Positions 11,494-25,700 of a stretch of 54,181 nucleotides of DNA are shown here, piece after piece. Within the stretch, counting starts at the first letter, position 1; every line of letters starts with the position of its first letter. The stretch is from Chromera velia. Its lineage: Eukaryota. The stretch spans positions 1-54,181 of the forward strand of contig JAHBMJ010000162.1 in assembly GCA_018398765.1 (NCBI GenBank). The letters are read 5' to 3'. The notes under the pieces were generated by a model. That model had not been told where the DNA came from. It made no database searches and saw only the letters and a list, made by a program, of their open reading frames with translations. The position numbers were made by a program, and so were the translations under genes.

Positions 11494-13959
11494 CGGTAAT
11501 GGAGGCGCGTTACGAAGGCGTTGAACAGACGTGGATATACAGACCACTATAGACACGGTTTGAATTTTCGCTTGAGTCGATGCACTCTGACTGAGCAAAG
11601 CCTCAGAATAGAAAGCGCTCTCCTCAGGGAACTTGTTTGAGTTACCCGTGCCCCTGTTTTACACTGTTCTGCTCCGTCCAATATGGCCGATGGAGTCTTA
11701 AGGGAGCACAGTGCTTTCAGCATGCATATAAGGTCGGGATGAAAACACCTTCGATCGAACCAAGAAGAAGGGGCAGGAAGAAGGCCCTATGTAGCCCTAT
11801 ATGATGCGACGCATATAAACAGACTTCAGGAGGGAGCTATAGTTAGAGTGGTTATGGCATGTTATGGCAGTTTCCCCCTTTCAAATCTATTGACAACCTC
11901 AGCAACAATGACTGATCTTCGGCGATAAACGGAACACTACTGCCGACCTCCGAGGTCCGAGCGAGAAAATACTTTGTTGCTTCTGCACCGAAGCTCCCTG
12001 ATGATCAAGGAATCTGAAGCTCAAAACAAGTAAACTATTGCTATAGTTTCGATGTGCTCGAACAGATTGAGAGCAGTTGGGTCCTAAAGCATAATTTTCT
12101 TCAAAGGTCAGTCAAATTCACAGCATCCTGAAAGCAAAACCACATGCAGAGAGGTGTGTGCACTGCGCTTCCGAGGCAGACGCACGGCGAAGAGGCTGGG
12201 GAAAACTAGGACATCTCAAAGGTGCCTCTGGAGGTGGTAAAGCTGGTTGTGTAAATAAGATTAATATATATATACAGCTGAGAGCTGGATCTTTGATCTC
12301 AAATCTTCCACTAGAAAGAATCGCCCCAGAGGCCAAAAGAACCCCTACCATTTTTGCGGTGGCGGTGAGCCCTCAGAATAAAAAGGGGGTTCATTTCCAC
12401 ATATGAAGCACCTCGCAGCCGCGGCGGCAAGGCTTGCACCCAAAAAGTAGGTTCATTTACTTTTGGGGGGGGACACCAGAGGTGATAGTGAAACCTGCTG
12501 TGTGGCCAGCTAGAGATGGCCCCGGAAAGCGAAGCGGGGGGCACTTAGAAAACAAAAATACCCCAGCCCACGTGCACACTGTCTTTTGGCAAAAACCCGG
12601 CCCCGAAAGGTTGAATGTGCACCAAATGTGCGTGCGTCAGGTGGACTTCAGACCCGATTACCCGATTTTCATCAAAAAAAGGCCCCAGAAAGATCCCGCC
12701 CCAAATGAAAAGCGTGCATGAACCCACGTCATCATGTATGCGTGCGTCAGTGGCCCCGGAAAGCAACAAGCTGCATCCCCGGGCTTTTTTCCTGGGGGAG
12801 GGGGGGTTCTGCAGCTTTTCCCGTGGGGGGGGGAGGGGTCGGCGCGACTGTCTGATCGGCTGGCCTGCGTACGTCAATCGTGAAGTTCTCATTTTTCTTA
12901 CTTTCCGGGGCTGTTCGCAAGCTTGCTTGCATCAGATGTATTGCGATATGCAATGATATGCATGGACATAATGATTCAAGCGAATTCACGATGGACATGC
13001 ATAGCCCCGGAAAACGAAGCGGGCCCGCAAAGGCGCAAAACCATGCATGCAATATCATGTATTGTAATGTCCCTACGGGATATGCCGTGGCCCCCAGGGG
13101 TGAGATAGGGTGAGAGCACTGAGAGGTGCATCCATAATTGTGGTACATGTATGTAACAGGTTCCCCTTCCCATATTAATTAATATATGGTGCATGACAAA
13201 ACCCCCAATCACGGTTGTTGGCTGCGCAAAGGCGTAGCCGTGGTATCTGTAAATGCTATAGAGGGCTGGAGACGGCTGAACAGGCTTCAAGACGGTTGAA
13301 AAGAAGAAATAAAAAGAGCTCTGCTATTAGATACATTTGCTAATAAGAAAATTAATGATGTATAAGGACTTCGCTAACATATGGTCTTAACGTGAATAAA
13401 CGTAAAAGAGAAAATAAAATTGTAACCGCAGCAATACATTACTGATAACTCTTTAACAACTTATTTTTGCTTATAAAAAAAAAAATCACAATGCTCCCCG
13501 CTTAAATCTACTTACATTTTTATTTTTTATTTACGGAGTTAATGTATAAGTCTTTTACATACAGACACACATACTATAATGTTTCTTTTATTTACTTTCA
13601 TTTAATATATTTTGGCCATTCTAGTAGTAGCATATATAGTAGCATATGTAGTAGCCAAACATTATATACGCCTTCTATTATCAACTTGCTCTTTTAAATC
13701 ATCTACCTGTGACTGAGACTGTGAGCTAGTCTATAAAATGTTTGAACACAACGTTATACAAGTCCCAAACTACACGCTTGCTACGCTTGCTGTATTAGTT
13801 GCTGTAGTTGGTTGTGCTCACTTACTCACTCACCAACACACTTAGTCACTGACTCACTGAGTTATTCTTGCTTTCTTTACTAGTTCACTCACTCACTGTC
13901 TCACTTGTTCACTCACTTACTCCCTCATTTTCCCTGTCTCTCTTCGATCACTCACCCAC

Positions 13960-15540
13960 ATACCCACAATTAACGGCTTTCATTAACACTCTCACATCCA
14001 CACGCCCGAACGGCTTTTGTTCACACACTCGCTCTCTTTGTTTCTCTTCGTTTATTTCTATTTCAGGCCCTAGCGGCTTAAAGTTTTGTTTATATACTGA
14101 GTCTCATTCTCTCTTAGTAACAGGCTGTCTCTATTCATTCAGGTACCCACACGCCCATACAAATATCTTTTGCTGACATGCTTGTATGCGTCCTTGTCCC
14201 TCTTTATTCATCCACACGCCCAACCGGCTCCTGTTCACCTAGCTTGTTCACACTGGTTCACACACTTGCTTTCCCTGTCTGTGATGATTTAGGTTTTTGT
14301 TATGCATGCCGCGTCCCCATATATGAGGGGCAGATCTAGCCTAGTCTGTCAAAAGGTTCCGGTTCATCCCGTCTGTTCTGAATCTAGGAACACTGCTCAT
14401 TGATCACTTTTACTGCGGTTTATTTCTCAAGCGGCCTTGTCTGTGTTTATGCACCTACACCGTCGTGATGCCCTAAACGGCTTCTGTTTACACACTCGCT
14501 CTCCATGTCTCTCTTCATTATTCTTCATTGATTCACTGCATGAGGTCTAAGCGGCTTCTGTTCACACATTCGCTCTCTTTGTATCTCTTTGTCTCTCTTC
14601 ATTCACCCACATATCCAAACGGCTTCTGTTCACACACTTACTCTCCCTGTCTCTCTTAATTCATCAGCAAGCCCAAGTGGCTTCTGTTCATGCACTTGAT
14701 ATCTGTTCATTCATCCACAGGCCTAGCGAAGCCTAACCATAGGCCCGAGCAGCTTTTATTCAATGACATACAATTGATCCCTCTTCATTCATCTACGGGC
14801 CTAAACGGCTCTTGTTCTTAGCTTCTGTTCATACACTCGTTCTCCTTATCTCTCTTTCTTCGCCCACACGCCCAACCGGCTTCTATTCACACACTCCCTT
14901 TATTCACCCACATGCCCAAACAACTTCTGTTCACATACTCGTTCTCCTTGTATCTCTTTGTCTCCCTTCATTCACCCACACGCCCAAGCGGCTTCTGTTC
15001 ATACACTCGCTCTCCTTGTATCTCTTTATCTCCTTTCATTCACCCACATGCCCAAACGGCTTCTGTTCACACATTTGTTCTTCTTGTCTCTCTTCACTCA
15101 TCCATAGGCCCAAGCGGCTTCTATATGTTTCTGTTCACACACTTGATCTCTCTTCATTCATCCACAGGCCTAACCAGCGGCCCAAGCAGCTTTTCTTCAA
15201 TGATACATAATTGATCTCTCTTCATTCATCCACGGGCCCAAGCGGCTTCTGTTGTGTGACTCGTTCTCCTTATCTCGCCCGCACGCCCAAACGGCTTCTG
15301 TTCACAAACTCATACATACTTATAAACACGCTCATTTTCTCCGTCTCTCTTCATTTATCCAGCTGTAGGCCTAAGCAGATTCTGTTACTGCACACACTTC
15401 CTTTCCATGTTCCTCTTTCTCCATGCACCCGCACGCCTAAACATTCACTCACACGCCCAAACGGCTTCTGTTTACACACTTGCTTACCTAGCTTTATCCA
15501 CAGGCCTAAACGGCTTTTGTTCACATCTCTCCCTCTTGAA
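13960..15540 (+). repeat. Complex satellite: ~20 degenerate ~65-bp units with core GCCCAARCGGCTTCTGTTCACACAC
   Basis: Core visible at about 14003, 14215, 14470, 14545, 14612, 14671, 14798, 14868, 14913, 14981, 15048, 15107, 15234, 15284, 15454 and 15503; block 14480-14800 resembles 14920-15250. Confidence 0.88.
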
Positions 15541-15871
15541 CTCACCAAGCGCTGGACCCATACGCGGTAAGCCTCTCTACAACATTTTAAAGCGAATACT
15601 ACAGCGACACATACTATATATAGACAGTATTTTGCGTCCCAAATCTGTAAGTGGAGGTAGAAGGAAGTCGAGAAACCAGGTGCTGATCGAAGAACGGCAA
15701 GAGGGGCCAAGTAGAGAGCTAGGTAGAGAGAAAGAAGACGGGTAAAAAGAGGTTCCTGCAGATCAAATTAACCGTTTTTCTTCTTTGTCAAGCGTACTCA
15801 GTCGTAGTGCGGCTTACTCCTAACTCTGTAAAGCGGCATGTCTTAACTTACCAGTGAGCTTAGTAGTATAG

Positions 15872-16735
15872 TCAAAGAACGAAGCAGTTTAGAACAGCTT
15901 CACTTAGACGGTGTACTTTATCGCCTTCCTTGAAAACTACACAGATGATCGAATCTACATACAATTCGCCTCTATGTGTGTTTTTGCATATGTATATATG
16001 TACCGATACATCAAGGTTAGACAAAAGGTGCATGTTCGCCATGCACGCGCTGTAGAGTTGCCGGAAAGCGCGGGTTCCGAAAGGCAAATGTAACCCGATT
16101 TATTGGTAATTCGACTTTTTTTTTCCATAGGTGCGGCTAAAGGCCTTAACAGATACCATGGCCGGGGGCCACGGCAATTGACGCATAACCTTCGCCTCCA
16201 TGTACAAATCCACTGATTCAATCAGTTTGTCCCATTTACTATATATCTTGTTTGAGTGCACCATTCTCCTTGCAGATTTGACAAAGTTTGAAAAGAGACA
16301 CAAAGACACTGTGCGCCTCTTTGATTCTGCAGGCTTGTTACACTCCCATCGACCTTATTCTTGCAGTGTCACTGTGTCTGGTGCGGTCTGGTGACTCTGG
16401 TTGAAAGCCATGAATCGGTTTCGGAACCTTTTGTGCTGGATTGTTAACTTTCTCGCTCTCCAGACCGCATTGAGGAGAACAAAGTGGCAGGGGGCCATTA
16501 CACTACACAACCATTATTTCCCAAGCTGCTTCTGGTCCTTACCATTCGGTAAGTCAAAATATCAATGAAACGAAAAAAACTTGTTGCGAGACGTAGCAAG
16601 ACGTCTTCTTCTATACTATGCCAACTTTCCCCAGAGCATCCTTTTGACGACTGCAGAAGGCAGCGGCCCGCCAGAAGGGGCATGGGACGTCGAGTAAGTG
16701 AACCACTTTGATTGGTTATGGATTTCAAGCTTCAG
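15872..16735 (-). pseudogene. Degenerate ~290-codon frame, possibly the C-terminal RT/GIY-YIG part of a Penelope-like element
   Basis: One frame with about 5 internal stops: LPSAVVKRMLWGKLA*YRRR (resembles the PLE RT thumb) and VHIYICKNTHRGELYVDS..HRLSE (resembles GIY-YIG, with G->D). Confidence 0.3.
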
Positions 16736-16801
16736 TGAGTGAGTGAGTCAGTCAGTCAGTCAGTGAGTCACTGTGCCTGAGTGAGAGCTAGGAGCGCGAG
16801 A

Positions 16802-16833
<32 letters not shown>

Positions 16834-17417
16834 AAGAGAGAGAGTGAGTCATTGAACGAGCAATCGAGTGAGCGAGTGACTGAGTGAGTGAATGAGTGAC
16901 TGATAAACTGACTTACCGAGTGAGTTAGTGGGTGGGTAACTGAGTAAAAAAAGAGTGAGTGAAGAGAAAAAGAGTAAGCAGAGAGTGATGGAGTGAGTGA
17001 GCAAATGAGTGAGAGAGAGAGCTAGTGAGTGAGTGCTAGGATTGAGTAAGTGACTGACTGACTGAGTGAGTGAGAGAGTGGGTGGGTGAGTGGGTAAGTG
17101 AGTAACTTAAAGTGAGTAAGGTCCTCAATCAACTTAAGTGAGGGAACAAGTGCGTGAATGAGAGAGTGGGTGTCACACTGAGTGAGTAAGTGTGAGTGAG
17201 TGAGTGAGTGAGTGAGTGAGTGAGTGAGTGAGTGAGTGAATGAATGAGTGAGTGAGTGAGTGAGTGAGTGAGTGAATGAGTGAGTGAGTGAGTCAGTGAG
17301 TGAGTTGGTGGGTGAGTACGTGCACGAGTAAATGAGTGAGAGGGAGGGAGAAAGGGTAAAAAAAAAAAAGAACGGGAAGAGAGAACGTCGAGGTGTGTCT
17401 GAGAATGAGAGAGAGAG

Positions 17418-17489
<72 letters not shown>

Positions 17490-17525
17490 TGTGTATACGT
17501 GTGTACGTGTGTACGTGTGTATGTG

Positions 17526-17579
<54 letters not shown>

Positions 17580-17586
17580 TGTGTGT

Positions 17587-17619
<33 letters not shown>

Positions 17620-17630
17620 AGACAGACAGT

Positions 17631-17669
<39 letters not shown>

Positions 17670-17700
17670 TGTGTGTGTGAGAGAGAGAGGGAGACAGAGA
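16735..17700 (+). repeat. Compound microsatellite (GAGT)n/(GT)n/(CT)n/(GA)n
   Basis: Directly visible. Confidence 0.96.
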
Positions 17701-19562
17701 GACCTAGGGAGAAATGGAAGGAGATTAAGTGAGTGATGAGGGTGACATGATGATTGACTAAGCGAGTGACTGAGGAAGACAGTGGAGACTAACCGATTGA
17801 GCGATGAGTGAATTGCGCAATCGATCGAATGCAATATGCTTCTGATGCCGGACACTCGGCGGGACAATGATTAGAGATTAAGAATGACCACAAACAAACA
17901 TATTACGGATGCATTAGGATTTTAGTTTCAATAAAATTTTCATTGTCTAGATTTGTTTGCAAGTCGAATCGATCATTCATATTATCAGGTAGCGCAGCAA
18001 GGCGTTACGTACGGGGCTCATAAGAAGTAAGTTCTGTCATGCAAGGTTTGTACTTCTCTCCTAGACAATACTCTGTTGCCTCCAGACTGTCTGACCTACA
18101 TGGCGCGTGCAATGACTAATAGACGGACAGATGCATGGACTGACGCACACCGTGCATATATGCATCATGCCATGCAGACTCGCAATGCGTGCAGCTTATT
18201 CCATGCTGACATACTGCGTTGCATATTGTCACTCAAACCTTTACAATGTAATGTATATAATGTTAAGAATTAATTAGGATTTGATTTTTGACTAGTATTT
18301 AAACCTTTAAGTTTGCCTAGAAGTTTGCATGCATGCAGTAGACTACTACATTTTTCTTAAACTGTGAACGTTTTCTAGCTACATCTGTTGTTCTACTACT
18401 AGCTGTTTTTTGATTCGATTCATTCGAAGTTGCCGCAGAGGCTTCATCCACTGAACAATTTGACGTGTTTATGAAGAAAAAGGCTTCAAGTTGTTTGTGT
18501 GTCGAGCGCTCGGCATTGGGGCAGGAGGCTAATCCTCCAGACATTAATCCCATCCTATCCTTGTTTCTCTTTATGCTCAAGGGGTATATCCAAAGCTAAA
18601 AAAATAAATAAAAAAACATAAAAACACTTAAGACGCATTAATTAAAGGTGCGTAGCAACTTGTGCTAAGTGCTAGGCTATGTGTTAGAGCCCTCTGATGT
18701 GTTCCACGCTAGCAGCCTACATATAAGGTCACATGATGAATGGAGATGCATCGGCCGTATTAAGTCTAAGGACTGTCAGATAGGGCTAGAAGAGAAAGGA
18801 AGTTTCAACTAGTGTGGATTGATCTGAGTGAAGAGCAAGTAGAAGCAATTATTCTGCCGTTCAGGGTTGATCCAGCCGTAGCCCCCGCGCCCGCACATGC
18901 ATGGGCGAGGTGCCTGGCCGGGACATGCCGGAACCACTGTGTGGGATGATGTAGGACGCACCATACGACACCACAGCAGCACACAACACCCTCTTTAATT
19001 TAGGAACTAGTTACAATCTGGTTCTAGGTCTGGCTTAAACAGTGGCTTTTCTTATCTATTATTAGTATAATAATGTCACTGTTAATTAATTACACTAAAA
19101 AAATTTATTTTTTTGTATCTAGTCCTTTTTATGATTGTGAACGTTTTCCTATTCAAAAACGAAAAAAAGTTTCTTATTAATGTTTTTTTTGTAGGCGTAT
19201 ACTACCTAGGGGGATAAAATTAATGCATTTTTTTTTTTAAAAAAACGAAGATTTGAGTTTGTCAGATAAAAGGGGCGGCGTTGGACCAAGTTGACTAGGT
19301 AGACTTAGTGAAGACTTATACTAACTAGTTGGGTCCTACGGGCCTCACATTGGGTCAAAAATTTAGTTTGAACTCCTAAATTTTTTTTTTCAATTCCTAC
19401 AGCGCTCCTAGACTACTATTTTTTTAATTTTACAAATTTGACTTATAAAACAATGCGACAGAGCTATGTATAAATAGGAAGTTATCTTCTAGTCTGACTG
19501 GATATGATTGTGTTGAAGATATGCTTCCTGAATATGATCCCTCTAGGTAGTATACATTGGAA

Positions 19563-19610
19563 CGACCTCTATAAGACAAAACGGCGACAGTGCTCTAGGG
19601 CATCACTAAA
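19563..19610 (+). repeat. Solo copy of the shared LINE 3'-end module
   Basis: CGACCTCTATAAGACAAAACGGCGACAGTGCTCTAGGGCATCACTAAA matches 47897-47971 (+) and 37813-37886 (-). Confidence 0.8.
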
Positions 19611-19967
19611 TTATTTGGAACTTATTACTTAAAATTATTGAAACATCTTTCACTGAGCGGCTCTAGGAGCGTTTTGATAATGCATGTATACAGCTAGGTA
19701 CACAAACCGGTCACTAAAGTTGAGAAAGGACAATTACTGTCTTAATTCCATTCAATTCAATTAAATCTTTTACATTCTCTTACATTTCACTAGTAGAATT
19801 TTTTTAAAACACGAAATGTATAATGGAAATTGACGCGTGTCATACTAGTCATACTAGCCATGTAGCTACCCATAGCATGCCACTAGTACTAGAGTGGCAA
19901 TGCAGCTGCCAGAAATTGGCCCAGAATGCATGCAGTTTCACTTTTAAAAAATACTGCGGCGTAGCGT

Positions 19968-20106
19968 TCATCTGGTGGCCCGGCCAGCTTCCTGCAGAAG
20001 ACGTTCAAGCACCCCTCGTTCTTCGAGAAGAGCCTGCAGCCATAAAAATATGTTATGCAAATCAAATAAGAGCCAACAGAGCCTTCTACAAATTCATAAT
20101 CAACCC

Positions 20107-20138
<32 letters not shown>

Positions 20139-20146
20139 NNNNNGGG

Positions 20147-20186
<40 letters not shown>

Positions 20187-22677
20187 GAGGAGAGTGACGG
20201 AAAGGGGGGGGGGAGAGGCATACTGGCACGAATTCAAAGATGCCGAGCCGGCGAAATGCAATTTGCACGTCCAGAGGGTGAGGCACATCGACATAAGTTC
20301 CCCGAACGATAAAATTTTACAGTCTCCGAAAGATTTATTCAGCAACCAAGAACAGCCCATTCGACCACCTGCCCCTCTCATCTAGCTCACCATTTTTCGC
20401 CTGTCTGTATCCGGCAGTCTGAACGACGCCATGAGATTCTCTTCGCACAAAGGAAGTGGGAGGAACACGGAGTCCCCTCCCTCCCCTCCACCCTGCCCCT
20501 GCAAAAACCACTGCACCGCCCCTGCCAAAATGCTCCGTTGTTGACTGCTCACTGCTGCCTGCCCAGTCTGCCCGCTCATTTCCCCTGCAGACAAAACACT
20601 GCAGCTAGGAGAGACGAGGCACGCATCGATCGTTGGATGCGAGAGAGCTGCAGCTTGGATCCTCAAAAGAAGAGTGAATGAAGGCTTAAGAATCCCACAG
20701 AAAGAAAAAAAAAACAAACCAGACTGCAAAAGGTGTTTCTAAGAATGTATGTAGAACAGAAACACAGAATGATTCAGAAAAAAAAAGGATCACAGGCTCA
20801 CCAAAAAGCCCCCACAATTGCAACAGCCCCGAAAAAGGGAGATGTCAGCTTGTTTCCCTGCAGTAGAGGAGTGAAAAACAGACAACCTTTTCTAAAAAAA
20901 AACGGAGACATACTTCAACACAAAGAAGGGAAGAGAAAAGAGAGGGGAGGAAGAGAGATGATAAATTTACTGTCTTCTGACACTTTGCACCACTCTCTAG
21001 ACTTTCCCTTCGCCCCTTCTGCTTTCCCACTTCAACTGTACAGATGCTCGCGACTGGACATCTTCCCTTTGTCGTCAGCTACACTTTCAACTGACCTGCT
21101 CAGTACTCTGAGCAGACAGAGAGATGGCCTCACATCTCGCGTGGAAAAAGTTTGGTGCAGTGTGCACTTTGGAATCTTCAAGAGAGCCAGATAGCTTTCC
21201 TATGAGGCGCATTGCTGATGACAGATTCATTTGTTGACAAGACCGGACGGAAGAGAAGATCCAGGAAAGGAGACCAAAAAGAATTAACAGACTGACGGTC
21301 AACTCTCCACAAACAAAAGTGATCAATCCTTCAGAACCCCCAAACGGTCGGCATGCAGCACTCAGGAGGGATGCCGCTTCCTGCACACATACAGAGAGAG
21401 AGAGAGCAATGGAGGGTGGGGCAGAGAGACAAAGTACGTTGTCAGCAAGACCAGCAAGTCCGTTTGTCCAACTGGTTCAACTCCCACACAGTCGCAGGAA
21501 CGCACATCACAATCATCGTGCAAGTACGTTAGCATTCCTTTGTGCCTCTTCCCTGTTTTCCTTCATCAAAGGTTTCCCACGTTGTCGTACAAACAACTTC
21601 ATGGAAACATTCATCGATCCAAGAAGGCAACGGAGGACAGCAGGGAAAATCCAGAGCCCGATACGGCAGCCAGGGAAAATCTCCATTTCATGGAACCTGG
21701 GCGGAGAAGATGTTCACTTGCATGAAAGACGGACAGGAGACGCGCAGAAATACGGACTCCCTTTTTTCTTCGCTCGCTCACTCACTCACTCACCAACCGC
21801 GTGTTGCATTCCCCTCTTTTCATCTGCCACTACGTGTACAAGCGCCCTCAGCAAAGAGACGACACTCGCCCCAGGAACTTCATTCGACCCCGCGCCCCCC
21901 TCCTCCACCGCCGTGGCGTCCGCAAGAAGCGTCACTTCGTCACACTGCGTGCAGTCAAGTCTCTCTCGGTCAACAGAGAGACCAAACGGACGGAAAAAGC
22001 AAAGTCGTACAAGCACGTATTTCGACGGTCACGTGTATGTCAATGCCTGCACCCCTTCCGCTGTCCACGGATCCACCGGTTCACTTGTACCTTCACCCTT
22101 TCTGTGAAGCAATCGAGGCTATCAATTCGTAGACCTTTGTTAAGGATACATTGAAGGCAAGCCAGGCATGGGGAAAAGCTTCTTTCTGCAAAGACCAATA
22201 AGAAATCACGTACTGCAAATGACGACATCCACCCACATGTCAATGCACTGACTGACATCTGTATCATCCAAAGTGTCCTCGTCCTCCCCCTCCAGTTCCC
22301 CCTCCTCGTCCTCGTCCCCCCCCCTCATGGCCCTATTTGAGGCAGAATGCAAGAGAACAGCGGAACATGAGGCCACTAGATCCGTCATCGACACAGAACT
22401 GTGAAGCTCGATCTGCAAGTGCAGAGAATGAGACAAAGAATGATACATGAGCAAAAAAGCAGTGACGTAGTAGTACCAAACTGCACAAGTGTGTCTGGGA
22501 GCGTGTGCCTTCCAAGGGTAGCTGGAAGGGAGTGACTTCAAAGAAAAAGAAACAAACCTGAGAATGTCGACCTGGCGACTGCACAAATGAAAAAAAAAAA
22601 GACCGAACAGGGAACAGTGAAGGGAAACCGATGGATAGACCGAAAACACAAAAACAAAAGAGACATAGACAGACCAA

Positions 22678-22717
<40 letters not shown>

Positions 22718-25700
22718 AGGAAAGAAAGAAAGAAAGAAAAATCGAAAGAAGGAAAAAAAGAAAAATCGAAAGAAAGAAAGAAAGAAAGAAAGAAAGAAAA
22801 ATCGAAAGAAGGAAAAAAAGAAAAATCGAAAGAAAGAAAGAAAGAAAGAAAGAAAAGACAGACAGATCCCCTCGACTCACTGTCTGAATCAGTCTACACA
22901 CTGCGAGTGCCCCCCTCCCCTTCAGTTCCCCAGACACCCGATGCACCCATCCACCCACACTTCCCACAAGAGAACAAGTCCACGATCCTTCTGTGGGCAC
23001 AAGCCCTGATGATGCTACTACTGCAGAAGAGAAAATGGAGGTAAGAAGACTTTCTTGAGTGCTACCTTTGCTCATCTGAAGGAGAAAGGGCTTGGGCAGA
23101 AAGAACAACGAGACGGATCGATCAATTTGCACTAATTCTCCTCCAAATTTTACTCCCTCAATCAATCGTACGTCTCTCTCTCTTTCCCTTCCTTTTTGCC
23201 TCTCTGTCTGTGACCCTCTCTGCAGAAAGACCACAGCCGCTTGCCCTCAAGTGATTGCATTCAGGACACAGCCACTTCAAGAAACAACAGGAAGCAAGAG
23301 GTCCAACCGCATGCCCTGTGTTTCTTCGAAACGAGCAGAAGGTGAAAGCAATCACCCTCACTCAGCCTCTGTTCCTTCAACCCACCCGCGCCCGCCTCAG
23401 GAGACGCCATCAGGTGTCTATCCACAGAGGCAGCGAGGACCACTGCGGCCTCGGTCGCTCTAAGGGCTGCCCGAATCCGGGCGGGCTCTCTGCAGGTCCG
23501 TTCACAAAAGAGGGAAGGAAGTCAAACAATGAGACGCCCGAAGGTGAGTGATCCGGCGAGGGGGTGATTCGGTGAGTTCACTGAAGAAGAGGCCATTCTC
23601 TGTCACTGTCTCATTTGCTCCCTACTGCTCAGAGAGACATTAGCAGGCACAGAGGAAGGCACACAGCCAGAAGCACTGCGGGGACTGCACGAACATCAAC
23701 ACAAACCCCCCCGTTTGCTACCCTCTTTCTGTCCTGCCCTGATATCAATTCAGCCGCTCCCCCGACACACCTTCTGCACAGGGCCTCGAGCAGCCGTGCC
23801 AGGTTCAGAAGGGCACTCGCACCTTCACACGCCGCAACGACGCTTTGCGTTTCTCCCCCGCCCTGCTGCTGTCCAAGCGCGCCAGAGGCAGATGCAGAAC
23901 AGGGAGGAAAAGGAAAGGCCTTCAGGGCAAGATGCCAAAGCCCAAGGCCCTCCTCTGCAGGCCCCTCAGCCCCTCTCGTCTCTGCACACAGAACAAAAAA
24001 AACAACTGACGAGGTCACTCTGCCAGAAAGAAAAGGCAACGAAGGAAGCAAGCAACGAGAGACAAAAAAAGTCATTGAAGGAACAAAGAACAAAAGGGGA
24101 GGGGCATCTGCACAGAAGACGTTCCAAAAGACAAATGGAGTCCCATCGTCCTTTCGATGCCCTGCCGTTCACTCCGCATATCTACTCCTTCTTCTCTTTC
24201 ACAGGTGGAAGACCACTCCCATGGTGGCCATACAGGATTGTTGACAGGAAGTGTACAAGTTCCCCAAGAAAAATATGCATTTTAAATTCTTCCTTCTCGT
24301 TCGTTTTCACCTACAGGGCTCTGACCTGCAAGTGCAAGAAACAAGGCCCGGGATATTAACGGGGCCGTTGCAAGCGCAATAGGTGGCCCACCGCTCTGCA
24401 AAACAGATCGAAATAATCAACAGAAACAGACGGGTAGACGTACGAAAGTTGTATTCCACTCAGCTGAGCAAATACATTACCTAGTGTTGGCAGGTGCCAA
24501 AGACCCCCCAAACTGGAAGATAGGGGAAGGAACACTTTGAAATACAAAAAGAGAGCTGAGCAGATCGTGAGAAATAGATCTTTCCTCACAGGGTAAAACA
24601 ATAGACGGACTGGAAAGATGCAGCTAGAGTTTCGTTTACATACTTCCTTCTGCTTCTGATGCCCTTGTGCCCTAAGTATTCACAGTGTCCCTCAACGGCA
24701 CTATCTAATGAGAGGCCTGAGTTGTTTGAACGCGACCGAAGGGCTATTTCCAGGAAGATGGCAAGCTTTGCCTCCTTCCTTTGCTAATTACCTTAATAAG
24801 TCTTGACAGGAGAGACAGCAGGGAGGTCGTCTTCTGAGGGTGGAGGGATCCGCTCTGCGCTTCTGTCCACAACTCCCCTGCCAACGCCTCCAACTGAGCC
24901 AGACCCCTGCCTCTTCCCGCCCCCCCGCCCTGACCAAAATCTCCCAACACGAGGAGTCGTGACTGAGAGAGACCACAGGAGAGAATAGGAAATAAAGCAG
25001 GGGCATTTACGAATAAGAAAAATTAGAGCAACTGAAAGGAAGCATGATCTGGAACCTTGTGTAAGCTATCATAAAGAAGGGTCGGTTGCTGTCTTCTATC
25101 TGAGAATGATGGAGAAGGGAGACAAAGGCAGAAGAGCCCACGTCGAAGCAAATTGATGTCCAATTTACTTACTTCTTCGGGACGTGTGTGTGTCCGACAT
25201 TTATATTTTCCTACTTCATTCCCGCCCGCCTGGGGGCCTCTCACCTTTCCTGCAGTTCCATCTGTCTGCCTGCCTATCCTTGAGATCTTGTACGTGGTCA
25301 ATCCAGACTTTAGACTGCGGCATTTTTGTTTTTCGCTTCACTCCATTCAGTGCAAGTGGGTAGATGTACATCCATCCATCCATCCGGCTTTATTTATGTG
25401 TGGCTGGCTGACCAACCAAGGGGGGTCTCGCTGTAAGGATTGTTTCCAGAGCCAGAAGACTTCTTTGTGCCAGACAGGCAGCCACGTGGGATCCTGCAGA
25501 CACTCCGAGGCACTCACCCACAGCCCCCAGGATCTCCGTCCATAGTCTCCCCTCCACAAGAGGCTCCTCTCCGGGCCTGTCCAGAAGCCCGCCGCCTCCG
25601 CTCGCAGTGGCGACTGTGGAGACGGACTGCCGCCTGCTTCCCTCAGGTATTGCATCCATATCTGGGGGGGCAAACAAATTGAGTGAGGGCAGGGGAGGGT

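Noticed and set aside
13960..15540. CRISPR-like repeat/spacer appearance (also the 41-bp array at 9433-9725)
   Set aside because: The repeats are degenerate, the linkers are related to each other, there are no cas genes and the context is eukaryotic.
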